Source: a bacterium (GTDB lineage: Bacteria > Patescibacteriota > Minisyncoccia > UBA6257 > GWB1-50-10). From it: DNA of 64,000 bases. Location of the stretch: the NCBI GenBank assembly GCA_021814165.1, contig JAKAIX010000001.1, forward strand, positions 77,623 to 141,622, given 5' to 3'. The position numbers and the translations under genes are program-made. Below the pieces are notes generated by a model. That model searched no databases and was not told where the DNA came from. It saw only the letters and a list, made by a program, of their open reading frames with translations. Shown here in pieces: positions 54,987-64,000 of the stretch (positions within the stretch are counted from its first letter, which is position 1; each line of letters begins with the position of its first letter).

Positions 54987-55388
54987 ATGGGAGATGAATC
55001 GGTAACAATTCGAAAGATCTACGCCGTTTGGATTTATGTAAAGAGCATTGAGGAATCGAGGAGGTTTTACGAAAAAGTTGTTGGTCTGAAACTCAAATTC
55101 CAGGAAGGCAACTGGGTGGAATTCGACCTTGGGGAAACTTCCTTCGGGCTCTTGGAACGCAATAAAAGTGAGAAAGTGGAGCCGCAAAAAACGAGAATCA
55201 TGCTTCAAACAAACGACATTGAAGCGATGGAAAAACGATTCAAAGAGAACGGGGTAAAAACAATAGGAGAGGTGAAAAACGAATCCTATGGAAAGCTCCT
55301 GACTTTCGAGGATCCGAACGGACACTGGCTGGAACTTTTTGAACCGATCCTAGAAAGAACAGTCCAAACGGAGGGAAGACACAACTGA
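54987..55388 (+). CDS. VOC/glyoxalase family protein
   Basis: V.SIEESRRFY..VVGL...YGK...FEDPNGH.LEL. Start uncertain. Confidence 0.85.
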   Translation: MGDESVTIRKIYAVWIYVKSIEESRRFYEKVVGLKLKFQEGNWVEFDLGETSFGLLERNKSEKVEPQKTRIMLQTNDIEAMEKRFKENGVKTIGEVKNESYGKLLTFEDPNGHWLELFEPILERTVQTEGRHN

Positions 55389-55391
55389 TCT

Positions 55392-55781
55392 ATGAGAATA
55401 CTCGTCACCGCATCATTCGGCGATTCCGAAGAGGAAACAAAAAGGGTATGTGCCGCGGTGCGAAACGCCGGTTTCGAGGATTTTTGTTTTGTGAGAGACG
55501 TGGAACACTACCAGAAGGTATTCGACGATCCGAAGGAACTGATGAAGAGAGCCAAGGAAGAAATAGAAAAATCGGATGCGCTTCTCATAGACATGACCGA
55601 TAAGCCCACGGGAAGGGCGATCGAGGCGGGGATAGCATACGCGCTAGGGAAAAGAATCATTGTTATTATGAAGCGAGGAACGCAAATAAAAGACACGACG
55701 AGAGGCATTGCCGATATAATAATCGAATACGATATTATCGAAGATATAACCTCGAAGCTTGGAAAAACTCTAGTAGAATAA
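55392..55781 (+). CDS. Nucleoside 2-deoxyribosyltransferase-like protein
   Basis: EEIEKSDALL.D...TG..IEAGIAYALGKRII. Confidence 0.8.
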   Translation: MRILVTASFGDSEEETKRVCAAVRNAGFEDFCFVRDVEHYQKVFDDPKELMKRAKEEIEKSDALLIDMTDKPTGRAIEAGIAYALGKRIIVIMKRGTQIKDTTRGIADIIIEYDIIEDITSKLGKTLVE

Positions 55782-55785
55782 CTAT

Positions 55786-56385
55786 ATGAATATTTGTGTT
55801 TTTGGAGACAGTATAACGTGGGGTGCACACGACTTTGAAAAAGGAGGCTGGGTTGAACGACTAAAATCATACTGCTTGGAGAATCATAATGGCGTCAATG
55901 TTTACAATCTCGGTATTCCGGGTAACACCACCGAGGACCTACTGAAACGTTTCGAAAACGAAGCAAAAACAAGAGAACCAAAGGTGGTTATATTTGCTAT
56001 AGGAATCAATGATTCGTTATACATGCAAACGAAGGGTGATTATAATGTGAGCCTTGATAAATTCAAAGATAACCTCTCAAAACTAATAGAGATTGCAAGG
56101 ACAATTACTAATACAATCGTCTTCATAGGTCTTATTCGTGTTGATGAATCAAAAACAACGCCAAGGCCTCGTGGTATTCCCGGAAGATATTATAAGAATG
56201 AGAGTATAAATAGGTATGACTCGGTTATTAAAGAGTTTTGTGAACGAAACAACTTTGACCACATAGATACGGGGGAAGTGATCAATATTGAAGATCTTGA
56301 GGATGGCCTGCATCCAAACTCAAGGGGACACGAGAAAATGTTTAAGGTAATTAAGAGCGCTATAGAAAAGTTTTTATCAAAATAA
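55786..56385 (+). CDS. SGNH/GDSL hydrolase
   Basis: FGDSIT.G, NLGI.G, IGIND, DGLHPN. Confidence 0.92.
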   Translation: MNICVFGDSITWGAHDFEKGGWVERLKSYCLENHNGVNVYNLGIPGNTTEDLLKRFENEAKTREPKVVIFAIGINDSLYMQTKGDYNVSLDKFKDNLSKLIEIARTITNTIVFIGLIRVDESKTTPRPRGIPGRYYKNESINRYDSVIKEFCERNNFDHIDTGEVINIEDLEDGLHPNSRGHEKMFKVIKSAIEKFLSK

Positions 56386-56434
56386 AAAGGAAGCCTGCCA
56401 AGATTTTCATCCTGGCAGGTGATGCGATGAACTG

Positions 56435-56659
56435 TCATAAATCAGAGATATGAATATGGTTTCCCTGCGAATAAATGCGGTATTCTTTTCCGCATTCACA
56501 CACAAGAACTTTATCCCTTTCATCCTCACGGGTGTTGACTCCATGTTTAAAACTCTTGTCGCCAGATTCTTTATCCAGCAGACCATTCCTCCCACAATTA
56601 CACACAATATCAATCAACAGTTTCCCATTACTGGCAGGTTGGATTCTTACTGATTTCAA
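56435..56659 (-). CDS. Small Cys-containing protein (putative Zn finger)
   Basis: CNCG...CECG; GGAGGAGG SD upstream. Confidence 0.6.
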   Translation of the reverse strand: MKSVRIQPASNGKLLIDIVCNCGRNGLLDKESGDKSFKHGVNTREDERDKVLVCECGKEYRIYSQGNHIHISDL

Positions 56660-56729
56660 GGTACCTCCTCCATTTAGTTGAAGTAATGCTAAAATGAAGA
56701 TGAAATATTGTCAAAACTAATTGAGACAC

Positions 56730-56966
56730 ATGGCAGAAACTGGAAAAATAAAACCGGGGAAGTATAAGCATTTCAAAGGGGATGTGATGGAAGTGATCGG
56801 TACGGCACTTCACAGCGAGACACTTGAAGAATTCGCTGTCTACAAACACATTACCGGCGAGAGGGCGGGCGAATCCCATTACTGGATACGGCCCGCTGCG
56901 ATGTTTTTTGAAGAAGTCGAAGTAAATGGCAAGAAAATTCCGCGATTCGAGTACATCGGGGAATAA
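56730..56966 (+). CDS. DUF1653-family protein
   Basis: PGKYKHFKG...A.HSET.E...Y...WIRP..MF.E.V...PRF. Confidence 0.88.
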   Translation: MAETGKIKPGKYKHFKGDVMEVIGTALHSETLEEFAVYKHITGERAGESHYWIRPAAMFFEEVEVNGKKIPRFEYIGE

Positions 56967-56974
56967 TTTTTCAC

Positions 56975-57160
56975 ATGAAAAAGAAGAATATAAAACGCAC
57001 CATCGAATTGCTTCACCATTTCCGATGCGGAACATGCGACAAATGGTGGTCGGTAGGGGATGCCCCGAGATCGAAGCGAAGCTGGTTTTGCCCGTGGTGC
57101 GGGGCGAAAAATCAGTATACAATATCAAAAAATGCGGGAACTCGAGAAAACAACTCATAA
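56975..57160 (+). CDS. Small Zn-ribbon protein
   Basis: HFRCGTCDKWWS...WFCPWCG. Confidence 0.7.
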   Translation: MKKKNIKRTIELLHHFRCGTCDKWWSVGDAPRSKRSWFCPWCGAKNQYTISKNAGTRENNS

Positions 57161-57521
57161 GTACCTGAAGGAACGGGGATGGGATCATCTTCTCCCGGGA
57201 GATATCGCAAAATCGATAATGATCGAGGGAGCGGAGCTCCTTGAATGTTTTCAGTGGGAAAATCCGACGCTTGAAAAAGTCCGCGGGAACAAGGAAAAAA
57301 TCGAAGAAATAAAAAAAGAACTCGCCGACGTCCTGATTTATGCGCTCGAACTCGCGGTGCTTCTCAAGCTGGATACGAAGAAAATAGTCGAAGAGAAACT
57401 CGCGCATTCCGCAAAGAAATATCCGGCGCATCTCATGAAAAAACACGCCAAGAAAAAATCCGGATCGGGGAAGGATTCCCTCTATTGGAAAATAAAGAAG
57501 GAGTACAGGAAAGAACATTAG
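57132..57521 (+). CDS. MazG-like nucleotide pyrophosphohydrolase
   Basis: ERGWD...IEGAELLE.FQW...ELADVLIY...KL....KYP. Confidence 0.9.
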   Translation: MRELEKTTHKYLKERGWDHLLPGDIAKSIMIEGAELLECFQWENPTLEKVRGNKEKIEEIKKELADVLIYALELAVLLKLDTKKIVEEKLAHSAKKYPAHLMKKHAKKKSGSGKDSLYWKIKKEYRKEH

Positions 57522-57529
57522 AAGATCTT

Positions 57530-58537
57530 ATGCCGCAAAAATCCTTTCAAGTCACAAAAGAACAACAGATAGCCGAACTGACATCGAGAATACCTCCGAT
57601 TCTGAACGTAGATCTCGTAATCGTGAAGAAAAATAAATATCTCATCGGCCGCCGCAATAAGGCGAGCGCCGCTCAAAAGCAGGATTGGGAGAAATGGCTC
57701 TTCCCGGGAGGACGTATGCGATACACGGAGACACCGCAGGAAACGGCTCTCCGAATTCTGAAGAACGAGGCTCCGGGAGTGAAGGCGCGCCTTAAAAAAC
57801 TCGTTACCGCCATATCGGACAGAGGAACGGATAAGAGATCATACGGCGTGACTCTTTTTTATCTTTTTGAATATCTTTCGGGTACGCCGAGGAAAAATAT
57901 CCAAATGAGCGGCTTTAAGTGGGTCACAAAAGATAAACTTCTAAGACTCAAAAGAGCGTACTCACTGAACAAAAAGATAGTGGGAGAAATTGACCTCGCG
58001 ATCAGAACGATGAACACCAATACGGACGAAATATTGGTGGAGGTTGATCGAAACAACAAGGTAATCGGCGAGATAATAAAAAGAGACGCACACAACGACA
58101 GGAATCGTTTTCATAGAGCAGCCCATATAGCCATTTTCAACAGCAGGGGAGAAATAATTCTCCAAAAGAGAAGCGAGAATCTCGTTATCGCTCCCGGCCT
58201 TTGGGATATCGCGGGAGGACACCAAGCCGCGGGACAAACCATCAATCAGACGGCACAGGCGGAATTGTCAGAAGAACTCGGTATCTCATGTTCATTGTTA
58301 CTCAAAGGAATTTATCCTTATCGCTCAAAAATACAATCGGAGTTCAATTATCTCTTCTACGGCATTCACGACGGCCCTTACGGATTCGACAGAAACGAGG
58401 TTGCCGAACTAAAAGCGTTTGATTGCAAGAAATTACTGTCGAAAAAATACACGCACATGAAATTCCTCCCGCATGTATTCCAATACGTACGTGATTTGAA
58501 AAGCGTTTGGGAATCTCTCGCAAAACAAAAGAAATGA
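57530..58537 (+). CDS. Tandem NUDIX-domain protein (C-terminal domain Idi-like)
   Basis: FPGGRMRYTETPQETALRILKNE (degenerate box) and HRAAH...PGLWD.AGGH...AELSEELG. Confidence 0.8.
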   Translation: MPQKSFQVTKEQQIAELTSRIPPILNVDLVIVKKNKYLIGRRNKASAAQKQDWEKWLFPGGRMRYTETPQETALRILKNEAPGVKARLKKLVTAISDRGTDKRSYGVTLFYLFEYLSGTPRKNIQMSGFKWVTKDKLLRLKRAYSLNKKIVGEIDLAIRTMNTNTDEILVEVDRNNKVIGEIIKRDAHNDRNRFHRAAHIAIFNSRGEIILQKRSENLVIAPGLWDIAGGHQAAGQTINQTAQAELSEELGISCSLLLKGIYPYRSKIQSEFNYLFYGIHDGPYGFDRNEVAELKAFDCKKLLSKKYTHMKFLPHVFQYVRDLKSVWESLAKQKK

Positions 58538-59034
58538 AGAAAACAAAAAAGAAAAAGGTGACGGTGGCGGTATCGGGAGGTTTCGACCCGCTTCACGTCG
58601 GCCACGTCCGAATGTTCAAGGAAGCGAAAAAGCTCGGAGACACGCTCGTCGTGATTTTGAATAACGATAACTGGCTCAGGAAGAAAAAGGGATATGTGTT
58701 TATGTCGGACAAGGAACGGAAAGAGCTTATTGAGGCGATCGAATGCGTCGACAAAGTGATTATTTCGAAACATCCGCAGAATCCGAAAGACATGAGCATA
58801 TCGAAAGAGCTTTCATATCTCCGCCCTCACGTATTCGCGAACGGAGGCGACAGAAATAAGAAAGACGCCGCAAACCCGAACTCTTCGCTTTTTAAAGACA
58901 TACGAACATGTGAGAAAGCCGGAATAAGGATCGTGTACAACGTAGGGAAGGGCGGGAAGATACAGTCAAGTTCGTGGCTCCTTGCGAAATACTTCGATGT
59001 TGTAGGAAAAAAGAAAAACCAACATGGAAGATAA
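58534..59034 (+). CDS. Cytidylyltransferase/adenylyltransferase family protein
   Basis: SGGFDPLHVGH (HxGH), ANGGDR, KIQSSS. Confidence 0.9.
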   Translation: MKKTKKKKVTVAVSGGFDPLHVGHVRMFKEAKKLGDTLVVILNNDNWLRKKKGYVFMSDKERKELIEAIECVDKVIISKHPQNPKDMSISKELSYLRPHVFANGGDRNKKDAANPNSSLFKDIRTCEKAGIRIVYNVGKGGKIQSSSWLLAKYFDVVGKKKNQHGR

Positions 59035-59476
59035 AAGGAAAATGGGCATCGGCATCGGCGTGATGCTTCTAAAAGATGGGGAAATATTGCTCGGAAAACG
59101 GCACGACGAACCCGAAAAAGCCGATAGCGCGCTCCACGGCGAAGGCACCTGGACGTTCCCCGGAGGAAAACTCGACTTCGGCGAGAACTTCGAAGACGGA
59201 GCATATCGGGAAACATTCGAAGAAACGGGCATTCGTATCGATAAAAACAAGCTAAGGATCATAAGCGTGTCCAACGACCGGACCGAGACGGCTCATTTCG
59301 TGACGATCGGATTTCTTTGCGAGGCATTCGAAGGTGAACCCGAAACGAAAGAACCGGACGAGATAACCGAATGGAAATGGTTTCCCCTCGCCAATCTCCC
59401 AAATCCGATATTCTTTCCGGTAAAGAAAGCGCTGGATAATTACTCGAATGGAAGAATCTACAATAAAGACCTCTAA
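59024..59476 (+). CDS. NUDIX hydrolase
   Basis: [25 protein letters not shown]; EPDE..EW.WF. Confidence 0.92.
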   Translation: MEDKRKMGIGIGVMLLKDGEILLGKRHDEPEKADSALHGEGTWTFPGGKLDFGENFEDGAYRETFEETGIRIDKNKLRIISVSNDRTETAHFVTIGFLCEAFEGEPETKEPDEITEWKWFPLANLPNPIFFPVKKALDNYSNGRIYNKDL

Positions 59477-59945
59477 AGTCACGCCGAGAAGGCCTCTTAC
59501 CCTTTGTATCATCCATGAACACCCGCGGGTGCTCCTCGGGATGAAAAAGCGCGGATTCGGCGCGGGACGATGGAACGGCTTTGGGGGAAAATTAAAGGAA
59601 GGGGAAACAATCGAAGACGCGGCAAAAAGGGAAGTTCTCGAGGAAATCAGCGTCGTTGCGCGTGACCTTGAAAAACGAGGGATTATTGAATTCGAATTTC
59701 AGGGAAATCCGGAAATCCTCGAAGTTCACATATTCAGAGTGAACGGCTTTTCCGGTACCCCAAAAGAGAGCGAAGAAATGAAACCCGAGTGGTTTCACGT
59801 TGATCAAATTCCGTATGAAGCGATGTGGCCGGATGATGTGTTCTGGCTCCCGCTCTTTCTTAAGGGGAAAAAATTCAAAGGAAGATTCCTTTTCGGCGAT
59901 AATGATTCCATACTCGAACAAGAGCTTTCCGAACAAAACGACTGA
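59448..59945 (+). CDS. 8-oxo-dGTP diphosphatase (MTH1/NUDT1-like)
   Basis: [21 protein letters not shown]...REVLEE...ESEEMKP.WF...MWPDD. Confidence 0.9.
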   Translation: MEESTIKTSKVTPRRPLTLCIIHEHPRVLLGMKKRGFGAGRWNGFGGKLKEGETIEDAAKREVLEEISVVARDLEKRGIIEFEFQGNPEILEVHIFRVNGFSGTPKESEEMKPEWFHVDQIPYEAMWPDDVFWLPLFLKGKKFKGRFLFGDNDSILEQELSEQND

Positions 59946-59950
59946 AGAAA

Positions 59951-60625
59951 ATGGCTACACTCTACATCGTTGCCACGCCGATAGGAAACCTGAAAGACCT
60001 CACGCTTCGCGCAATTGAGGTTTTGCGAGAAGCCGATTTGGTACTCGCCGAGGACACGAGGGTGATACAAAAAATACTGAATCATCTGGACATTCGGAAA
60101 CCCGTGTGGCGCGCCGATGAATACGCGCACGATTCTTTTTATAAAAAAGTTGCCGAGTTTCTTCAAACGGGAAAAAATGTAGCGTTCGTGAGCGATGCGG
60201 GCACGCCGGGAATAGCCGATCCCGGATCGAAACTCGTAAATTACATAAGCGAATATGCTCCGGACACCCGCATCGTACCGGTTCCGGGCGCCTCCGCGGT
60301 CGCCGCACTCCTCTCGGTAGCGGGAATTAATACCAACGAATTCACGTTCGTAGGGTACCCGCCCCACAAAAAAGGGAGGGAGACGTTCTTCAAGAATCTC
60401 GTCGAAATCAAAGTCCGTCCTATTGTTCTTTACGAATCGCCGCATCGGCTTCAGAAGACCCTGGAAGGAATCGAGAAAGCATTTGGAAAAAACCAAAACA
60501 TCGTCGTGGGGAAAGAACTCACGAAATTGCATGAAGAAATTTGGCGCGGTACGCCGGGAGAAGCAAAGGAGTATTTCAAAGGTGAAAAGGGGAGAGGGGA
60601 GTTTACCATAACGATAAATGACTGA
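59951..60625 (+). CDS. rsmI: 16S rRNA Cm1402 methyltransferase
   Basis: LYIVATPIGNL.D, AEDTR, VSDAGTPGIADPG, YESPHR, ELTKLHEE. Confidence 0.95.
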   Translation: MATLYIVATPIGNLKDLTLRAIEVLREADLVLAEDTRVIQKILNHLDIRKPVWRADEYAHDSFYKKVAEFLQTGKNVAFVSDAGTPGIADPGSKLVNYISEYAPDTRIVPVPGASAVAALLSVAGINTNEFTFVGYPPHKKGRETFFKNLVEIKVRPIVLYESPHRLQKTLEGIEKAFGKNQNIVVGKELTKLHEEIWRGTPGEAKEYFKGEKGRGEFTITIND

Positions 60626-61295
60626 CGACCTTCAAACGATGAACCAAAACAAGGAGGCCCGGCCTCCGCGAGGGGGAAACCGGGCCTCCGAATATTCCTA
60701 CCGCACCTCCAAACGCATCTTCGATCTCGTGATTGGTTCCATCGCTTTTGCGTTCACTCTCCCGTTTTACCCCTTCGCGATGCTCGCGATTTTTCTCGAA
60801 AGCGGACTCCCCGTCTTTGTCGAGCTCGATCGGGTAAGCGAGGGAGGAATCGTGAAGGTATACAAGTTCAGAAGTATGGTGAAAAACGCCCCCGAGATGA
60901 AACGGGAGCTTCTGCAATTCAACGAACGCAAGGACGGACCGCTCTTCAAGATGACGCGCGACCCCCGGGTCACGAAGGCGGGAAAATGGCTCAGGAAGCT
61001 CAGAATTGACGAGTTTCCGCAGGTAATAAACGTTCTCCAGGGGCGTCTCGCGCTCGTGGGTCCGCGTCCGCACGAACCGGAGGAAGTGGCGCAGTATCCC
61101 GAGAAGTACAGGGTAATTACCCAAGCACGCGGGGGACTTACCGGGCTTTCGCAGGTGCGGGGAGCGTCGCTTCTTCCCTTCATTAGGGAACTTGAGTTTG
61201 ACAAGGAGTATCTCGAACACCAGTCCGTATGGCTGGATATCGTCATTCTCTGGAAAACATTCGTCATTTTTTTCTCCAATCCCACCGGAGTATAA
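60618..61295 (+). CDS. Bacterial sugar transferase (phosphoglycosyl transferase)
   Basis: KRIFD, YKFRSM, DPRVT..G..LRK.RIDE.PQ, LVGPRP, GLTG..QV. Confidence 0.92.
   Translation: MTDDLQTMNQNKEARPPRGGNRASEYSYRTSKRIFDLVIGSIAFAFTLPFYPFAMLAIFLESGLPVFVELDRVSEGGIVKVYKFRSMVKNAPEMKRELLQFNERKDGPLFKMTRDPRVTKAGKWLRKLRIDEFPQVINVLQGRLALVGPRPHEPEEVAQYPEKYRVITQARGGLTGLSQVRGASLLPFIRELEFDKEYLEHQSVWLDIVILWKTFVIFFSNPTGV
60653..60690. repeat. REP-like doublet inside the 5' end of the sugar transferase ORF
   Basis: GGAGGCCCGGCCTCC GCGAGGG GGAAACCGGGCCTCCG, read in frame as EARPPRGGNRAS. Confidence 0.75.
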
Positions 61296-61346
61296 CCCGA
61301 AAAGCCGTGGCTTGATGAAAAAGTCGTGGTATAATTGGAATACTCT

Positions 61347-62393
61347 ATGATTGTGTTTGCCGCAACGCGAGTGCTCATTATGTTCGCGCTTTCCTTCACG
61401 GTTGCGCTGATACTTACGCCGTTCGTATTCCGCCTTCTTGAACGCTTCAACCTGAGAAAAAACAACATCCGCGACAAGGAGAGCGCGCCTATTTTCCATC
61501 AGTTTCACAAAGACAAGGCGAGTACGCCCACGATGGGCGGCATTATCGTCTGGGCTACGGTGCTCGGTCTCGCTTTTCTTTTTTTCGCGTTCGGGAACCT
61601 GTTCGACGGCTTTGCGGACTATTTCAATTTCGTGAACCGCTCCGAGACATATCTTCCGCTTGCGGCGCTATTTCTCGCGGCGATTGTTGGGCTCATCGAC
61701 GATCTTATGGGAATTAGAGGAAAGGGACCGCACGGCGGCGGGCTAAGGATGAAACATAAGCTTCTTCTCTATACCGGGGTCGCGGTGCTCGCGGCATGGT
61801 GGTTCTATTTTCGTCTCGGATGGGATACCTTGTACGTCCCGTTCATAGGAACATTCGATATCGGTTGGTGGTACATTCCGTTTTTCATTTTCGTGCTTGT
61901 TGCAAGCGCATTCTCCGCAAATGAAGCGGACGGACTCGATGGTCTTGCGGGCGGCGTGCTTCTTCTCTCGTTTGTCGCGCTTACTGTCGTCTCGTTCGTC
62001 TTGCATCGGTACGATCTCGCCGTTATGCAGGCGGCAATCATAGGATCGCTCCTCGCATTTTTATGGTTCAACATTCATCCCGCGAAATTTTTCATGGGAG
62101 ATACGGGATCAATGTCTCTGGGAATTACGCTGGGCGTAATCGCGATGCTTACGAATACCGCACTCTTTCTTCCGTTCTTCGCTTCCGTCTTGATCCTTGA
62201 ATCTTGCTCCGTGATTCTTCAAGTAGCGAGCAAGAAGCTGCGGAAGAAAAAATTATTTCATTCGACGCCGATTCATCACCATTTCCAGGCGCTCGGATGG
62301 CCCGAAAGCCAGATCACGATGCGGTTTTGGATTATCGGCGCTCTTACGACGGTTTTGGGACTCGTGCTGTTCTTCCTTGCCCAGTTCGCGTAA
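61347..62393 (+). CDS. mraY: Phospho-N-acetylmuramoyl-pentapeptide transferase
   Basis: TPTMGG, GLIDD, N.ADGLDGL, PAKFFMGDTGS, PIHHHF...GW.E. Confidence 0.96.
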   Translation: MIVFAATRVLIMFALSFTVALILTPFVFRLLERFNLRKNNIRDKESAPIFHQFHKDKASTPTMGGIIVWATVLGLAFLFFAFGNLFDGFADYFNFVNRSETYLPLAALFLAAIVGLIDDLMGIRGKGPHGGGLRMKHKLLLYTGVAVLAAWWFYFRLGWDTLYVPFIGTFDIGWWYIPFFIFVLVASAFSANEADGLDGLAGGVLLLSFVALTVVSFVLHRYDLAVMQAAIIGSLLAFLWFNIHPAKFFMGDTGSMSLGITLGVIAMLTNTALFLPFFASVLILESCSVILQVASKKLRKKKLFHSTPIHHHFQALGWPESQITMRFWIIGALTTVLGLVLFFLAQFA

Positions 62394-62441
62394 TAAAACG
62401 AAAACTTTTCACTTTGATTTTTAAATTTTAAATTTCGCATT

Positions 62442-63920
62442 ATGAGTATTCTTATAAAAAACGGAACAGTATATGACGGGACAGGCGCGCCGCCTCAAAG
62501 AACGGACGTACTCATACAGGAAACGAAAATCGCGCGGCTCGGAAGTTTTCGGAAAGACAGCGTAAGTACGACAATCGACGCGACCGGTGCGATAGTGACT
62601 CCCGGTTTCATCGAGGTCGGCTTCAACGGGGAAGGACCGAACGGCATCCTGAACCCCGCTTCGGCGTCACCGCTCCTCGGAAAAGGCGTTACGACGGTCA
62701 TTGGGGGAAACGACGGCGTTTCCTTCGCGCCTTTCTCTTCGAAAACAGGCGCCGCAATGCGGGAGTGGGGGAGCGCCCTCCCGAACGCCCATTGGAGCTC
62801 GGTGAAAGAATTCCTCGCAATACTCGAAAAAAGGGAGCTTGGCGTGAATTGGGGAACCCTCGTCGGAGGATATACGCTCCGGAGCGCATGCGGAGCCGAT
62901 CCGGGAAGAGACATGACGGTCCATCAGATCGAAGCGGCGAAGCGTTTGCTTTCACAATCGCTCCTCGAAGGGGCGTTGGGCTGCTCGATCGATATGAGTC
63001 TTCCGCATTCGGAAACTATGCCGCTCAGCGAATGTATCACGCTTTTTAAGGTTATCGCCGAGAAGAAGGCAACGGGAGTGTTTCGTCCCCGCGTCACGGA
63101 CGATAATCCGATAGCGCCGATAGAAGAGGCATTCGTCATCGCAAGAGAATCGAATGCGAATATCGAACTCCGGCATCCACAATCCCTTTTCGTCACCGAA
63201 GAGTACGAGGACGCGTTACGGCTTCTCGACCAGGAGGTGGAAAGCACCAATACTCACTTCGATGTCTGTCCGTTTCCCGTAGCGACACTCCCTCTCACCG
63301 CATTCCTGCCGCACTGGTTCCGAGAAGGAAGTTTAAACGCGATGACAAGCGCACTCGGGGAAAAACACGCAAAAGATCGCCTCATCGCGCATTTCAGAAA
63401 AATAACCAAACAGAAAGGGGAGAGGATGGTCATCGCGGACGTTCCTCCGTCGTTAAACTTCCTTCGCGGAACAACGCTCTCGTCTTTTGCCGCGGACCGA
63501 GGCATCCAGCTTCCTCGGGCGATTCTCGCGTTCATGCATCTCACGAAACTCCGCGCGCGTATCTCGTACGAAGGCGTACGAAAATCCGCGTTCGAACATC
63601 TTTTGAGTCACCCGCGCTCGCTCGTCTCTCTGCACGGCCACATGACAAGGAAAGAAGAACATCCGATCCGCACGCTTCTCGAATGGGCGGAGAAAAAGAA
63701 GATGCCGCTCGAAAAAATGATTTATAAGCTTTCCGGTCTTCCTTCGGAAAAATACGGTATTGAGAAACGAGGGGCGCTTAAAGAAGGTTACTATGCCGAC
63801 CTCGTTATCCTCCGCGATTACAGGCCGGAAACGGTATTTGTAAACGGGACACAGGCAATGGAGGGAGGAATCCTGAAGAACGCCTCCAGAGGTCGGGTGA
63901 TTCGCGCTCCTCATCCGTAA
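62442..63920 (+). CDS. N-acyl-D-amino-acid deacylase-like amidohydrolase, degenerate active site
   Basis: IKNGTVYDGTG, IVTPGFI, GVTTVIGGNDG, RG.LKEGYYADLV, VFVNG; the usual metal-ligand His motif is absent. Confidence 0.8.
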   Translation: MSILIKNGTVYDGTGAPPQRTDVLIQETKIARLGSFRKDSVSTTIDATGAIVTPGFIEVGFNGEGPNGILNPASASPLLGKGVTTVIGGNDGVSFAPFSSKTGAAMREWGSALPNAHWSSVKEFLAILEKRELGVNWGTLVGGYTLRSACGADPGRDMTVHQIEAAKRLLSQSLLEGALGCSIDMSLPHSETMPLSECITLFKVIAEKKATGVFRPRVTDDNPIAPIEEAFVIARESNANIELRHPQSLFVTEEYEDALRLLDQEVESTNTHFDVCPFPVATLPLTAFLPHWFREGSLNAMTSALGEKHAKDRLIAHFRKITKQKGERMVIADVPPSLNFLRGTTLSSFAADRGIQLPRAILAFMHLTKLRARISYEGVRKSAFEHLLSHPRSLVSLHGHMTRKEEHPIRTLLEWAEKKKMPLEKMIYKLSGLPSEKYGIEKRGALKEGYYADLVILRDYRPETVFVNGTQAMEGGILKNASRGRVIRAPHP

Positions 63921-63933
63921 CGCGCCGCCCACC

Positions 63934-64000
63934 ATGAAGTTTATTCCACGACTTACAAAGGGAGGCACTCCCGATTACGTATTCATCGTATTTCTCATTA
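63934..64000 (+). CDS. Start of a membrane protein, possibly FtsW/RodA (3'-truncated)
   Basis: MKFIPRLTKGGTPDYVFIVFLI; dcw context after mraY. Confidence 0.4.
   Translation, partial: MKFIPRLTKGGTPDYVFIVFLI

Overview
Bacterial chromosomal window with the hallmarks of Patescibacteria/CPR, probably Parcubacteria (inference). The supporting signs are no rpmD between rpsE and rplO, AT-rich leaders mostly without Shine-Dalgarno sites, a short trigger factor, paralogous CxxC-rich ~600-aa proteins and standard code 11. The backbone carries the end of the S10 operon, the spc operon (rpsQ to secY-adk-map), topA, dprA, glmS, tig, rplS, gyrB, rplJL, mraZ-rsmH-ftsL-PBP-murF, rmuC, secA, rsmI and mraY, plus five tRNAs (Ile-GAT, Ala-TGC, Leu-GAG, Val-CAC, Glu-CTC). 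Accessory gene runs rich in NUDIX/MazG/hydrolases follow tRNA-Ala, tRNA-Leu, tRNA-Val and secA, and I found no integrase in the window. The most striking signal is three small GIY-YIG nuclease genes, each bracketed by partial duplications of a tRNA. At Ile and Ala the layout is the same: promoter, then a 5' tRNA copy with a twin hairpin in its D-loop, then a GIY-YIG ORF whose stop codon is the tRNA's own U8-A9-G10, then the intact tRNA. The Ile ORF is missing from the ORF track because it has an internal TAG. Other signals are a conserved ~45-nt core found four times inside four unrelated closing stems, a GAGGCCGGGCCTC REP-like family, 7-nt-period repeats in intergenic and coding DNA, and two candidate ncRNAs upstream of secA. 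All calls are by eye and no database searches were run.
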